Assembly: GCA_965216465.1 (NCBI GenBank)
Contig: CBDCFW010000006.1
Coordinates: forward strand, 1,120,001 to 1,184,000
Length of the DNA: 64,000 bases
Direction: 5' to 3'
Source: Bacteroidia bacterium
GTDB lineage: Bacteria; Bacteroidota; Bacteroidia; NS11-12g; UBA9320
The notes under the pieces are model-generated. The model saw only the letters and a list, made by a program, of their open reading frames with translations, did no database searches and was not told the DNA's origin. How positions within the stretch are numbered: the stretch's first letter is position 1; each line of letters starts with the position of its first letter. Made by a program: the position numbers and the translations under genes. Shown here in pieces: positions 1 through 10,227 of this stretch.

Positions 1-1
1 C

Positions 2-1348
2 AACGAATCGGTATTAGACATAAACTTATCTACCGATGCAGGAATGTCAGGTGTTTGGTTCAATACACGCTTTGGTCCTGCAAATGGGAATATTACAGGA
101 ATTCCTTTTGGAAGCGAAATAAAGCATAAAGACGTTGGGCCTTATAACATGGAGAATACAGGGAATTCATTTACCCAGAACTTTGATGTATTCTCTAGAG
201 CTACTCGATTAGGCTGCTCATCACAAGAAATAAAACGTACACCAGTTGTTTTACCGCACCTTAATACGACTCTTACCGGAGATGATGACATTTGTTCCGA
301 AGAGGAAATGACGATTTCGTTCAGAAATCAGCTGAATACTGCGCAAAATCTAAGTTACAATTATCGCCTTGATAATTTCAGTTTGCCTCAAGCGGGAAGC
401 GTTACACGTATCAACCAAAAAGATGAAGATGACGACCTAAGTTTTACTGAGACACTCAGAAACAATACCAATGATAAGCAAACGGTAGAATATACATTCA
501 AAGCAAACTACAGCAACCGTTGTTTTTATTCCGATGATTTAACTTGGGAAGTTACCGTAAAGCCTTGGGTAGAGTTTAGCGATCCACCTTATGTTTTAGG
601 GGAAGATGAAGTTTGCGAAAATTCTGGAGTATTTTTCATTATTAATGAAACGGAACCAGGTGGGAATTACACATGGACGACCAGCTCAGACGTAATTGTA
701 ACCCAAGATGCTTCAATTAATGGAGGAATCAGTGCACATTTACAATTCTTAAAATCAGGTACTGAAATCATTCGCATATCAGGTTCAAACCCATCTTTTT
801 GTTCGCAAGAAACCCAGTTTACAGTAAATGTAAATGAGAAGATAGAGGACTTCGATGTCCTCAAAATTCAAAACGTACCGCATGACATGTTAGTCGTTAA
901 TTTAAATGAGTACGACTCGATAAAGTGGGGAACTTTTGACAAAGCGAATGTTGAAACAAGATCAGATTTCTTGTCGACATTCCAAACCCTAGCAGTTGAC
1001 AATTTTGATCCCGATAACTATTTCTATTTCGCAGAAATATTCGATGGAAATTGTAAATCAATGAACTTTTATAACTATGGGGCTTTAGCCGGGCTTCGAG
1101 GTCTTGATCACCGTTTGATTCAAGTCTACCCAAACCCTTCGAGAAATGTAGTTCACTTGGTTTGGAAGGAAAATGGACTAGTTAAAGGTGGCGAAATTCG
1201 AAATGCTCTAGGTCAACATGTAGATTGTGAGTTTATCGATTCGGGCGGTGAGATTATCATAGATGTTGGACACCTAGCAACCGGAGCTTATTTTGGGTCT
1301 GTAATGTTAGACCAAACAATGTATCACTTTAAATTTATTAAGCAATGA
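2..1348 (+). CDS. T9SS type A C-terminal sorting domain protein with Ig/PKD-like domains (5' truncated by window edge)
   Basis: Frame is open from position 2 with no stop before ATG 44. C-terminus IQVYPNPS...IRNALGQ...IDVGHLATGAYF...FKFIKQ is a typical type A CTD. Two 'G.D.[IV]C' Ig-like modules. Confidence 0.8.
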   Translation, partial: NESVLDINLSTDAGMSGVWFNTRFGPANGNITGIPFGSEIKHKDVGPYNMENTGNSFTQNFDVFSRATRLGCSSQEIKRTPVVLPHLNTTLTGDDDICSEEEMTISFRNQLNTAQNLSYNYRLDNFSLPQAGSVTRINQKDEDDDLSFTETLRNNTNDKQTVEYTFKANYSNRCFYSDDLTWEVTVKPWVEFSDPPYVLGEDEVCENSGVFFIINETEPGGNYTWTTSSDVIVTQDASINGGISAHLQFLKSGTEIIRISGSNPSFCSQETQFTVNVNEKIEDFDVLKIQNVPHDMLVVNLNEYDSIKWGTFDKANVETRSDFLSTFQTLAVDNFDPDNYFYFAEIFDGNCKSMNFYNYGALAGLRGLDHRLIQVYPNPSRNVVHLVWKENGLVKGGEIRNALGQHVDCEFIDSGGEIIIDVGHLATGAYFGSVMLDQTMYHFKFIKQ

Positions 1349-2790
1349 GAATGACTATAGTAAATAAATTAAGACTGCTTTTTGCTTGGGTAATTGTGGG
1401 GTTGTTTGTGCTACCAAGTTCAGCTCAGAATGTTAACGACTCAACATTAGTACACAACACCTTGAAACTTGTTTCAGATTATACCAACTATGGTAAAATT
1501 GGAGGGCCACGCGAAAAGCCTAGAGATCTTAAACGTTTTAAGGCAATATTTGGTGACAGCTGTCAGCTTCAAACCTATACATTCTCGTATGGAGAAGGTG
1601 AAGGATCTGGAGAAATGAAGAGCTATTTACTTGAAGATTATTTAAAAGCATACGGCACTGTTTTCAGCGATGGAGTTACCAAAATAAACAACAATTACTA
1701 TGTTGACTATAGCTCGGCGGCTGATGGAAAGGTTAAGGTGTATATGAACGAAATACTCCGTGGTACTAATGATCTTGGAGAGTATATTTTTAGTAAAAGT
1801 GTTAAACTGCTCATTTTAGATGCCAGAAACCCTGAATCAATAGTTGTTTCCAATGTGTTAGACGTGAACACTTCCATTAAAAAACAAGTAGGTAAATCGA
1901 ACGAGTACTTCTACTTTGGTGAGGACCCATATTTGTTTGAACCTCTTGTAAGTGATCCTACTTGGGCTTATAAGCTTGGTTTTAATGTGAGCAATCCTTC
2001 GATTCAAATGCAGAACATTAGTGACCTAACTCTAAACTCAGGAAGCGGGTTTCAAATCGGTATAAATTACTATCACAATTTAGGGAAGACATTTGCTATT
2101 GGGGCAGGGCTGAACTATGCAAGAACGCAATTTGGCTATTCTGCAACCAATCTTGATGCGGAGTACAAGTCGACTGATGCCAATGGCAATGAGTTCAAAC
2201 AATTACTTACGCAAAATGATCTTTACAATGAAGATTTGTCGATACAGAACTTACGTCTTCAAGTGCTTGGTAAATTAAAGTTAGGTAAAATAAATGTTTC
2301 TGGATTTGCTGGTCCAGCGTTTGCCTTTGGCGGGGCTTCAGATTATTCAACAAACTTGAGCTATGAAGCTATTTATGGTATTGACGAAGCTGGCGGGCTG
2401 CACTATGTAGAAGAGCCAAGTGCTCGATCACTGAGTATAACTCGAGAAACGGTAACGCAAAATAGCGGAGAAACAGATTTGTATTTCGGATTGATGCAAA
2501 ATTTAGGCTACAATGTAGCACTTGACCAAGATCAAGATAGAAGTTTTGATACTGAATATAGCCCAGGCATGCACTTTGGTGTAAACCTAAGTTATCGATT
2601 TAGTTTAGGTGCATTTAATGGTGAAGTAGGAGCTGAATTTGCTCAGACTACATACAACGTAAAACAACAGCAGATTGATGAAGACTATTTTACTAACTTA
2701 AGTTCAATTGATAACCTTAACCCCTTAATATACAATGCCAGCAAGCTTTCAGTGAGCGACCTAGGCATCATTTTGATAATTTACCTATAA
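1345..2790 (+). CDS. Exported protein with N-terminal soluble domain and C-terminal outer-membrane beta-barrel
   Basis: Signal peptide (..LPSSA-Q). Alternating-hydrophobic strands such as GFQIGINYYH, FAIGAGLNY, MHFGVNLSYRF. ATGA overlap with the upstream gene. Confidence 0.6.
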   Translation: MRMTIVNKLRLLFAWVIVGLFVLPSSAQNVNDSTLVHNTLKLVSDYTNYGKIGGPREKPRDLKRFKAIFGDSCQLQTYTFSYGEGEGSGEMKSYLLEDYLKAYGTVFSDGVTKINNNYYVDYSSAADGKVKVYMNEILRGTNDLGEYIFSKSVKLLILDARNPESIVVSNVLDVNTSIKKQVGKSNEYFYFGEDPYLFEPLVSDPTWAYKLGFNVSNPSIQMQNISDLTLNSGSGFQIGINYYHNLGKTFAIGAGLNYARTQFGYSATNLDAEYKSTDANGNEFKQLLTQNDLYNEDLSIQNLRLQVLGKLKLGKINVSGFAGPAFAFGGASDYSTNLSYEAIYGIDEAGGLHYVEEPSARSLSITRETVTQNSGETDLYFGLMQNLGYNVALDQDQDRSFDTEYSPGMHFGVNLSYRFSLGAFNGEVGAEFAQTTYNVKQQQIDEDYFTNLSSIDNLNPLIYNASKLSVSDLGIILIIYL

Positions 2791-2792
2791 AC

Positions 2793-3755
2793 ATGAATAA
2801 GAGAATCTTAATAGTTTTTATATCTGTCATTATCCTTGGTTTAGCCATTATTGGTCTAAGGCTGCTACTTGAAGACGAACCTGTTGCAGCTCCAGATCCT
2901 TGTATTGGCTTCTTTACACCACTGCCATCGAGCATTGATGTAGGCCAGAGTTTTATTTTACACTCTAAAGAAGGCAACCTAAGTTGGCGAATTCTTGACG
3001 AAGAGGGAGACGAAATAGAAAGTTTTGATGGTGTTGATGGAGAGTTTACCATGGATTCTGCTGGTAGCTATTCAGTTGAGGTTACCTCAAACAAAGGTTG
3101 TTCAGAAATTACCAGTGTAGAAGTCAGAGGAAAAGAAGAGAAACCAGAAAGAAATGAAAAAGTAGAGATTAAGGGTCCAAATCGTGCGTACGTTGGAAGT
3201 AATGTCAACTTCACAGCCCTAAATGTTGATGCGAATGAGTGCAAATGGAAGATGCCCACAGGTAAGGTTATTAAGCGTAAGAGCAGTGTTTCGTACCGTT
3301 TTGAAGAAACCGGAAACTTTGAAATTAAACTAAGAGTGGATGGAGAAACCTATACCCATCGTGTGAAGGTGACTAAAAGGCAGAATGTAACAACTCCATC
3401 AACCACACCTACAACGACTCCGGTTACGCGACCTCCTGCAAACACAGGTAAAAATTCTCCTGAAAAGGTTAAAGATATAATTACTAAACTTATTGCTTTA
3501 GGTGTTGAAGATTCGGATAATTACAACCCATTTAGAGCAGCTAAGTATCGAAATAACTTTGTTATTGAAGATGAAATTTGTGAAGGTTTTGTGCTTTATG
3601 TAAATGGCAAAGAAACCAAACGAACAGACTTCTTAAGAGGCTTGGGTAAGGATGAAGGAGAAGAAGGTACTGTAGACGACGTAAAATTTAATAGAAACTC
3701 CTCAGGGTGCATCGAATCGTATGAGATTTCAGGGGTTTTCCCAAGGTTAAACTAG
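2793..3755 (+). CDS. Membrane-anchored PKD-domain protein, TssP-like (paralogue 1)
   Basis: N-terminal TM helix, two PKD-like repeats (IKGPNRAYVGSNVNFTA...W...YRFEETGNFEIKL), Pro/Thr linker, lies upstream of tssR-like genes. Confidence 0.6.
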   Translation: MNKRILIVFISVIILGLAIIGLRLLLEDEPVAAPDPCIGFFTPLPSSIDVGQSFILHSKEGNLSWRILDEEGDEIESFDGVDGEFTMDSAGSYSVEVTSNKGCSEITSVEVRGKEEKPERNEKVEIKGPNRAYVGSNVNFTALNVDANECKWKMPTGKVIKRKSSVSYRFEETGNFEIKLRVDGETYTHRVKVTKRQNVTTPSTTPTTTPVTRPPANTGKNSPEKVKDIITKLIALGVEDSDNYNPFRAAKYRNNFVIEDEICEGFVLYVNGKETKRTDFLRGLGKDEGEEGTVDDVKFNRNSSGCIESYEISGVFPRLN

Positions 3756-3766
3756 AAAATTGATAT

Positions 3767-4732
3767 ATGAATAAAAGAATTTTAATATTAGTACTGGCCG
3801 TTTTATTAGTTGCAGGTGTGTTGTTCTTTCTTTCTCAACGCACAAAGTCGACTGGGCCCAAAATCGAAGTAAATGAAGAGTGTTTAGATTTTTATGAATC
3901 TCCGTCACCAAACAACTGGGCAGGCGATACAATTGATCTTAATTCAGTTTCAGAAGAAGATGAGTTAGAGTGGGTATTCATTCAAACTGAAAAAGAAGAT
4001 GTAGAGTATGAAGCGAGTGGGAATTCAACATTTATTGTTATCGATGTAGCAGGCCCATACGTAGGTATTGTTTCAAACCCTGCAGGATGTATTGATACAT
4101 TCTATTTTGAAATTGAGGAACAACTTGTTGAAGAGGAAGAAGATATCAATGTTCGAATTAAAGGACCCGGCTCAGGTATGGTCGGCCAAGAACTAGAATT
4201 TGAGGCTCGAGGTGTTACCGCTGAAAAATATGAATGGTCGATGGGAGAAGCAGGAGGAGTGATTGAGGCCGGAAATAAAATGAAGTATACCTACAATACT
4301 CCTGGTAAGTATCAAATTAAATTGCAGCTAGATAATGGCTTGTATGTTAAGTATAAAACCGTTGTAATCAATCCTGAAAGAGAAGACGTTGTTGAAACAG
4401 TTGATGAGCTAGCCAAGTTGAAAGCCAAATACGAGCAGTCTGCAAAAGCAGCAATTAATGAAATAGTTGGTTTGGGTAGTGCTGATGATTTTGACTACGA
4501 CACCGAGAAGGCAAGAGACTTATTCAATAAGAAATTCAAGAGCAATTACACGTGTGGTGATGTAACATTCGAGGTTAATGGTAAACCCATAGGAGAGCTT
4601 GCATTTTTTAGAGCTCTACAGTACAATGGGTCAACAAGTAACTACAAAGCAACTGATGTAAAATTGGAATACAACAAAGAAGATCAGTGTTTCAATAAGT
4701 ATAAAATTACCGGGTCATTCTCTGGTTTATAA
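3767..4732 (+). CDS. Membrane-anchored PKD-domain protein, TssP-like (paralogue 2)
   Basis: Same MNKRILI start and architecture as 2793-3755. PKD motif IKGPGSGMVGQELEFEA...YEWSMGE...YTYNTPGKYQIKL. Confidence 0.6.
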   Translation: MNKRILILVLAVLLVAGVLFFLSQRTKSTGPKIEVNEECLDFYESPSPNNWAGDTIDLNSVSEEDELEWVFIQTEKEDVEYEASGNSTFIVIDVAGPYVGIVSNPAGCIDTFYFEIEEQLVEEEEDINVRIKGPGSGMVGQELEFEARGVTAEKYEWSMGEAGGVIEAGNKMKYTYNTPGKYQIKLQLDNGLYVKYKTVVINPEREDVVETVDELAKLKAKYEQSAKAAINEIVGLGSADDFDYDTEKARDLFNKKFKSNYTCGDVTFEVNGKPIGELAFFRALQYNGSTSNYKATDVKLEYNKEDQCFNKYKITGSFSGL

Positions 4733-4743
4733 AGATGTAAATT

Positions 4744-5358
4744 ATGAATAGATTTGTTTTAATTCTCGCATTATTTTTTCTGTCGTTCACGGCTGAAAAG
4801 GCACAAGAAAAAACGTTGTCTTTGATTTTCGTTGACAATAGTAAAATTAGTACTTCGGATGGGCTGAACAGTGCAATGATCGATAACATGGAAGCCAAAT
4901 TGACAGAGCTTGACCAACGAGCTGAATCAAATCACTTTATGTTGTACGCTTCAAATGGACTAGAACCTAAGGTTGCAAAAAGTGTAGAGGATGCTAGACA
5001 GGTTTTAGCGACATTAAATGACTCTTATTTTGAGTTCCCCATGCAGCAGTACGATAAGGATAGAATCATTGCTGAATTTACCAAAAGTGATGCTCAAGTT
5101 GGATCTTTGGATTTGAACTTCTATGTGTCCTATACTTACGCAGAGAAATTTATTACAGATCAACCGGCAGTGCTTGGAAATCTTGTGTCTGAGCTAACGA
5201 TGAAATATGGGCTGGAACGAGAAGATAAAGTGGTGATAAACCTTCACTATCCGAAGGCTCAAAACCTTCCGAAAAATATGCAGGAAAATCTTGAAGAAAG
5301 CATATCGATTCTTAAATTTGGCCTAAATGTTGAAATAAACATTCTTGAACACAATTAG
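4744..5358 (+). CDS. Exported hypothetical protein in T6SS locus
   Basis: 204 aa ORF with signal peptide, tightly packed between the PKD genes and the tssR-like genes. Confidence 0.6.
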   Translation: MNRFVLILALFFLSFTAEKAQEKTLSLIFVDNSKISTSDGLNSAMIDNMEAKLTELDQRAESNHFMLYASNGLEPKVAKSVEDARQVLATLNDSYFEFPMQQYDKDRIIAEFTKSDAQVGSLDLNFYVSYTYAEKFITDQPAVLGNLVSELTMKYGLEREDKVVINLHYPKAQNLPKNMQENLEESISILKFGLNVEINILEHN

Positions 5359-5365
5359 TAGTATT

Positions 5366-7798
5366 ATGAAACTGAAACTGACCTCTATTTTAACATTCTT
5401 AATTTTTGCGTATTCGTCAAACTGCCTCGCTCAGATAGGTGGGAGTAAGGACAAAGTCTTAAAAAAGCCGGTTAAATATGAAAGTCCTGAAGGACCAACA
5501 GGAGATATTCTGAGACCTACAGCCGAAAGAAGTGGCAAGAATTGGGTAGTGTTTTCTGACCGAAAAGACAACCAAACTTATGTAGATAAAGATCTTACTC
5601 GTCCGTATCGTCAAATTGATTTTCTTACCGCATATTATGTCCTTGAAGAGACTTCAATTGCACTTAAGGTAATTCCTTACCGACCAGAACTACTAACCCG
5701 AAGTGATGGTCTAAAGAAAAGTGTAAATCCAAATGAAGTGGGATGGGTAAGTAAGAAAGAAATGTTACTCTGGGATCACTCATTACTAGATCCTAAAACC
5801 AAATTTACGCTTAAAGCATTTTCGGTTCAGAAGCCCGAAGCAATATTAAATCCTGGTAGATATGTATCTCAAAACAAGGTGCATGTGTATGCTAGTCCTG
5901 AACTTAACCCTAATACAGAATTAGATATAGAACTCAGACTTTTTCAATTCTTGTTTGTGCTAAAGGAAGATGCTGCGAACAATTCAGTACTTGTTGCAAA
6001 AAAGAATAGTATTTCAGCAGGCAGTGCAGATGTTGCTGTACTTGGCTGGGTGAGTAAGTCTATTATTCAACTGTGGAAAGAAAGACTCTGTTTAGAACCA
6101 AACTCTGACCCCGATGCAAGCCAAGAGAGAAAGACTAACAAAATTAAATCTTCAATTTATGAAGACAAAGACGATGCACTTGCGGTAAAGATTGGAAGAG
6201 AACCTAAAAAAGGAGCTATGTGGCAGCGAGATAGTTATGAAGCTAAGATGGATCCTGACATGAAAAGATTCCCTGTTATTGAAGCCAATGATGGTGTGTA
6301 CAAGACAGGTTTTATTACCGGGTTACTAAACGAAAATGGAGTTGAAATTAACACCCCAGAAGCCCAAGCAATATTTAGCAAGTCATATCACGGAACAAGA
6401 AGCTCAGCATCAAAGATTAATGTGGTTTATGTGGTTGATGGAAATACCAATTACAAATCATATTTGAGACCAATCTTAGAGTCAATTAACAACAGTTATA
6501 AGAAGTTTGCTAATGTTGAAAATGCCTCAGAGAACACCTACCAATTTGGTGCCGTAGTTTATCGAAACTCAGCCTATAAAAACTGCAGTCCAGATAGAAG
6601 TGTCGTTCCTATCGGGTTGAGTTCTAAATTCCAGTCGATGACTAGTAAGCTGAAGACAGAAATAGAATCTGAAGCTTGCCAAGTAGGAACGAACCGTAAG
6701 TTTAGTTCACTCGATAAAGGAATGGTGAGAGCCTTGAGGATGTTCCAAAATCCTGATGAAACCAATATAGTAATCATAATAGGAGCTACGGGTTATGCTA
6801 GAACCGGAAACGACATCAATAAAGATATTGTTAAACGCTGCGTAAACAAGAACGTATCAATCCTCGGATTTCAATTATACTTTAGCCAGGATGTAGAATA
6901 CGACGAATTCTATAATCAAGTGCGTTATTGGATGAAGAATACGGCCTTTACGATTGATAAATTAACAGATGTTACCAATCAGTTCGAGCCTAAGGTAGAT
7001 AGAGTACCAGGAGAAACCAACTCGTTTCAATTAATTAACTGTGCTGTAACAGGCTATTTTCTCGGTGTTGATATCAATGAGTGGCTGAATGGTGCTGACC
7101 TGAATAGGAAGCTCCAGCAAGCAATTATGGATCAGGAGCGAAAGAACAACGCTCTTATGAAGAAGATGGATTCAGAAATGGAAGGAATGGGGGCCTCCGA
7201 TGTTAAACTAGACCCCGAATTGCTCCTGTTCTTGCACAAAATGGATCTACCCTATGACAAGATTGTTGAGTTTGTTAATAATATCAAAGCTGGAGATAAA
7301 GACTCCTATACCTTCTTTATTGAGGGCTATGCCCCTAGCGAAATATCCGGGTTAGATTATCCAACATTTAGCAATGTTATTCTAATGGATTATGACGAAT
7401 GGAGTATTCTTGATAATGCCCTTACCGACATTAGTTATGCAATTACTGCCCTCGATGATAATAGTACTAGAGAATCACTGAAAAAGGCTTATTGGGAAAC
7501 CTTAGTGTCCTATTATGGAAGAAAAGAAGCCAAGACCTTGGTGAAGGAAAAACCGCTAGATTACATCAACGAATTGCTGATCGGAATGTCTTATCAAGGT
7601 AATAGTCTGATAAGAAATCTAAAACTTGACGACATCTCTGATGAAGCGTTGTTTCCAAGAGAAAAACTCTTAGAGTATATCGAGTATATTTCTGAAAAAC
7701 AGAAGTTATTCAAGTCTACCGGAAACCCATCCAATGGATATTCGTTTAAAAGTTTTAACAAAAGGTACTACTGGGTGCCTTCAAATTATTTGCCTTAG
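5366..7798 (+). CDS. tssR: T6SSiii TssR-like protein with VWA-like domain (paralogue 1)
   Basis: Signal peptide from ATG 5366. WVVFSDRKDNQTY, GWVSKKEMLLW, INVVYVVDG (VWA-like), FGAVVYR and terminal YYWVPSNYLP resemble Bacteroidota TssR. Confidence 0.75.
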   Translation: MKLKLTSILTFLIFAYSSNCLAQIGGSKDKVLKKPVKYESPEGPTGDILRPTAERSGKNWVVFSDRKDNQTYVDKDLTRPYRQIDFLTAYYVLEETSIALKVIPYRPELLTRSDGLKKSVNPNEVGWVSKKEMLLWDHSLLDPKTKFTLKAFSVQKPEAILNPGRYVSQNKVHVYASPELNPNTELDIELRLFQFLFVLKEDAANNSVLVAKKNSISAGSADVAVLGWVSKSIIQLWKERLCLEPNSDPDASQERKTNKIKSSIYEDKDDALAVKIGREPKKGAMWQRDSYEAKMDPDMKRFPVIEANDGVYKTGFITGLLNENGVEINTPEAQAIFSKSYHGTRSSASKINVVYVVDGNTNYKSYLRPILESINNSYKKFANVENASENTYQFGAVVYRNSAYKNCSPDRSVVPIGLSSKFQSMTSKLKTEIESEACQVGTNRKFSSLDKGMVRALRMFQNPDETNIVIIIGATGYARTGNDINKDIVKRCVNKNVSILGFQLYFSQDVEYDEFYNQVRYWMKNTAFTIDKLTDVTNQFEPKVDRVPGETNSFQLINCAVTGYFLGVDINEWLNGADLNRKLQQAIMDQERKNNALMKKMDSEMEGMGASDVKLDPELLLFLHKMDLPYDKIVEFVNNIKAGDKDSYTFFIEGYAPSEISGLDYPTFSNVILMDYDEWSILDNALTDISYAITALDDNSTRESLKKAYWETLVSYYGRKEAKTLVKEKPLDYINELLIGMSYQGNSLIRNLKLDDISDEALFPREKLLEYIEYISEKQKLFKSTGNPSNGYSFKSFNKRYYWVPSNYLP

Positions 7799-7810
7799 AA
7801 ATTACCCCAT

Positions 7811-10225
7811 ATGAAGACCATAAAGATCTCATTTTTATTTACCTTACTCAATCTTCTTACCATCTGTGCAGTTGCTCAAGATTTAAAGGGCACTCCAATA
7901 CTTCTGGAGCCTGCTGAATACACCAGACCGAATGGTCCAACCGGTGAAATAGCACAACGTTATGATGATGTTACGAGAAGACCGTGGATAGTTTATTCTG
8001 ATCGCTCAGATAACATCAGCTATACGAACGAGCAATTTAACACGAAGAAGAAGGACCTTCCTTACTTAAAGGCCTTTTTAGTTATTGCCCGAAGAGGTCA
8101 TGCTTTGCATATTGTTGATTACGGCCCCATGCATTATGCTAAAAACAAATTGAATGAGCGTCCACAAGACTACGGATGGGTTGATGAGAGAAAAATGCTG
8201 TTATGGCAAAATTCGGTTTTAGATCCAAATACAAAGATCATTACCAAAGGATTGGCGATGTTTCATTATGAGGTGCTAAAAAACCCGGGGGCTTATTTTA
8301 AGTCGAACAACATTCAGGTTTATAATAATCCAGACAAGAAGGAAGAACATGTGGCCACAAATGAGTTACAGATGTATCAATTCGTTTTCATTTACAAAGA
8401 AGAAAACGGAGCTTATTTGGTGGGTAAACAACAAAAAACCAAATACAATACCATAAGTCATGAATTGATTGGCTGGGTTGACAAAGGAACGATTCAAGTT
8501 TGGGAAGGTCGTCTGTGCCTAGAACCTAATCGATCTATCGATGCAGTTGATGAGCGCAAGAGTAAAAATGTTTCCGCTTCAATCTTCGGTACATCTTCAG
8601 ATGCGAAGTCTTTTTCAGTCGGAACAGCCGGAGGCGACCCCATTTGGGATAGTGACCCAAAGGCAACTTTAATTCCTTCGAACTTTAAACGATTTCCAGT
8701 GCTAAAAACGGAATATGGATTAGTACGAACCGGTTTCTCATCTCCCATAGTTGATGAAAGAGGAGTGGTGCTTTCTTCTGTTCAAGATAAGAACAAAAGT
8801 GATGAAAAGTACATGGACTTCCGAGAAGAAAAGAAGAAGATAAACGTAATTTTTGTGATCGATGGAAACGCAGAGAATAAGAACTTTGTAAAACCAATCA
8901 TAGAGTCTATAAAACTGAATTATAGCTATCTTGGTAACAATACCTCAAACCAATACTTCTTTGGGTCTGTAATATATCGTAAGGATGCTTATGCTTCGTG
9001 TGAGGGAGTTGATAAATCGCTACAGGTTAAAACATTAACATCAAATTACCGCGATTTAACATCGTGGTTATCGCAGTCGTTGAACGATGAACTATGCCCA
9101 GTTTCAAATGCTACAAGCTACACCAATTTAACGGATGGCTTGGCGAGAGCCAATCGCATGTTAGCAGGTAAAAGCTCAAATACAAACATCGTAATTGTAA
9201 TAGGAGCAGCTGGGGTTGAAAGTTCAAAAAGCGAAGAAATGAAGAACATTACAAATAGCCTTTCAAAGGCGAATGCTTCACTATTGGCTTTTCAAGTGAA
9301 TTCAAAGAATGATGTTGCCTTTGACAATTTCTATCGCGATATGCGGAGAATGATTGCCGGGAATGCCCGCAACATTGTCAATGATATTAAAGCTTCAAAC
9401 ATTTCTGAGCAGTTAAAAGCTTCTGTAGATATTCCTGCATGGGCACGAAATCAAGATGACTATTTCGATGAATTGGAGCAAGATAAATCACCAATTTCAG
9501 GGTCGATTTCGTTCGTTGAACTTGGTCAAGAAATGCAAGTTGCACGCTTGACTTCAGAGCTAAAGAAAACAATTCTTTCAGTAGAGAGCTGGAACAATAA
9601 GCTAATTTCTGATTTAGATGTTGCTACTCAAAGTGTGGGAGGTACAAGCGTTAAAGTAAATCCAGCTATGGTTCTCTTCTTAAAAGAATCTGGAATTGGT
9701 CTTGACGATAAAATCGTTGAAAAAATATCAGGTAAATCTTACCAGTTCTACGTAGAAGGCTATACAACTCTAACCAACGATAAACTTGATAATCCGGTTT
9801 TCACTTATCAATTGCTCATGCTAAAAAGTGAATACGATAATCTTGTTAACCGGTTCAAAAGGCTATACGAGGCAAGAGGGTCAGATAATATGGATGCTGT
9901 TCGAAAGCGGTTAAAACGTGCTTATAAAGAAGTGTTGGCTTCATACCAAGGATCGAAACAAGTCGCAATGAGAAATATGGATATTCGAATGGCACATAGT
10001 CTATTGACAGGTATTCCACCAGATCTCCAATCTCATACCATAAAGAATGTTTCCATCGATGATATTGACGACAAGCGATTGTTTTCAAATGAAGAACTGG
10101 ATGAACTTCTTAACCATATCTCAACCAACTTAAAACAGCTCGAAAGAATCCCAGTTGAGGATAGCTATATCTTTAAAAATTTCGACGACATTATGTACTG
10201 GGTTCCTGTTGACTATCTCCCCTAA
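7811..10225 (+). CDS. tssR: T6SSiii TssR-like protein with VWA-like domain (paralogue 2)
   Basis: Colinear with paralogue 1: WIVYSDRSDN, GWVDERKMLLW, RLCLEPN, KRFPV, INVIFVIDGN, MYWVPVDYLP. Confidence 0.75.
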   Translation: MKTIKISFLFTLLNLLTICAVAQDLKGTPILLEPAEYTRPNGPTGEIAQRYDDVTRRPWIVYSDRSDNISYTNEQFNTKKKDLPYLKAFLVIARRGHALHIVDYGPMHYAKNKLNERPQDYGWVDERKMLLWQNSVLDPNTKIITKGLAMFHYEVLKNPGAYFKSNNIQVYNNPDKKEEHVATNELQMYQFVFIYKEENGAYLVGKQQKTKYNTISHELIGWVDKGTIQVWEGRLCLEPNRSIDAVDERKSKNVSASIFGTSSDAKSFSVGTAGGDPIWDSDPKATLIPSNFKRFPVLKTEYGLVRTGFSSPIVDERGVVLSSVQDKNKSDEKYMDFREEKKKINVIFVIDGNAENKNFVKPIIESIKLNYSYLGNNTSNQYFFGSVIYRKDAYASCEGVDKSLQVKTLTSNYRDLTSWLSQSLNDELCPVSNATSYTNLTDGLARANRMLAGKSSNTNIVIVIGAAGVESSKSEEMKNITNSLSKANASLLAFQVNSKNDVAFDNFYRDMRRMIAGNARNIVNDIKASNISEQLKASVDIPAWARNQDDYFDELEQDKSPISGSISFVELGQEMQVARLTSELKKTILSVESWNNKLISDLDVATQSVGGTSVKVNPAMVLFLKESGIGLDDKIVEKISGKSYQFYVEGYTTLTNDKLDNPVFTYQLLMLKSEYDNLVNRFKRLYEARGSDNMDAVRKRLKRAYKEVLASYQGSKQVAMRNMDIRMAHSLLTGIPPDLQSHTIKNVSIDDIDDKRLFSNEELDELLNHISTNLKQLERIPVEDSYIFKNFDDIMYWVPVDYLP

Positions 10226-10227
10226 AA

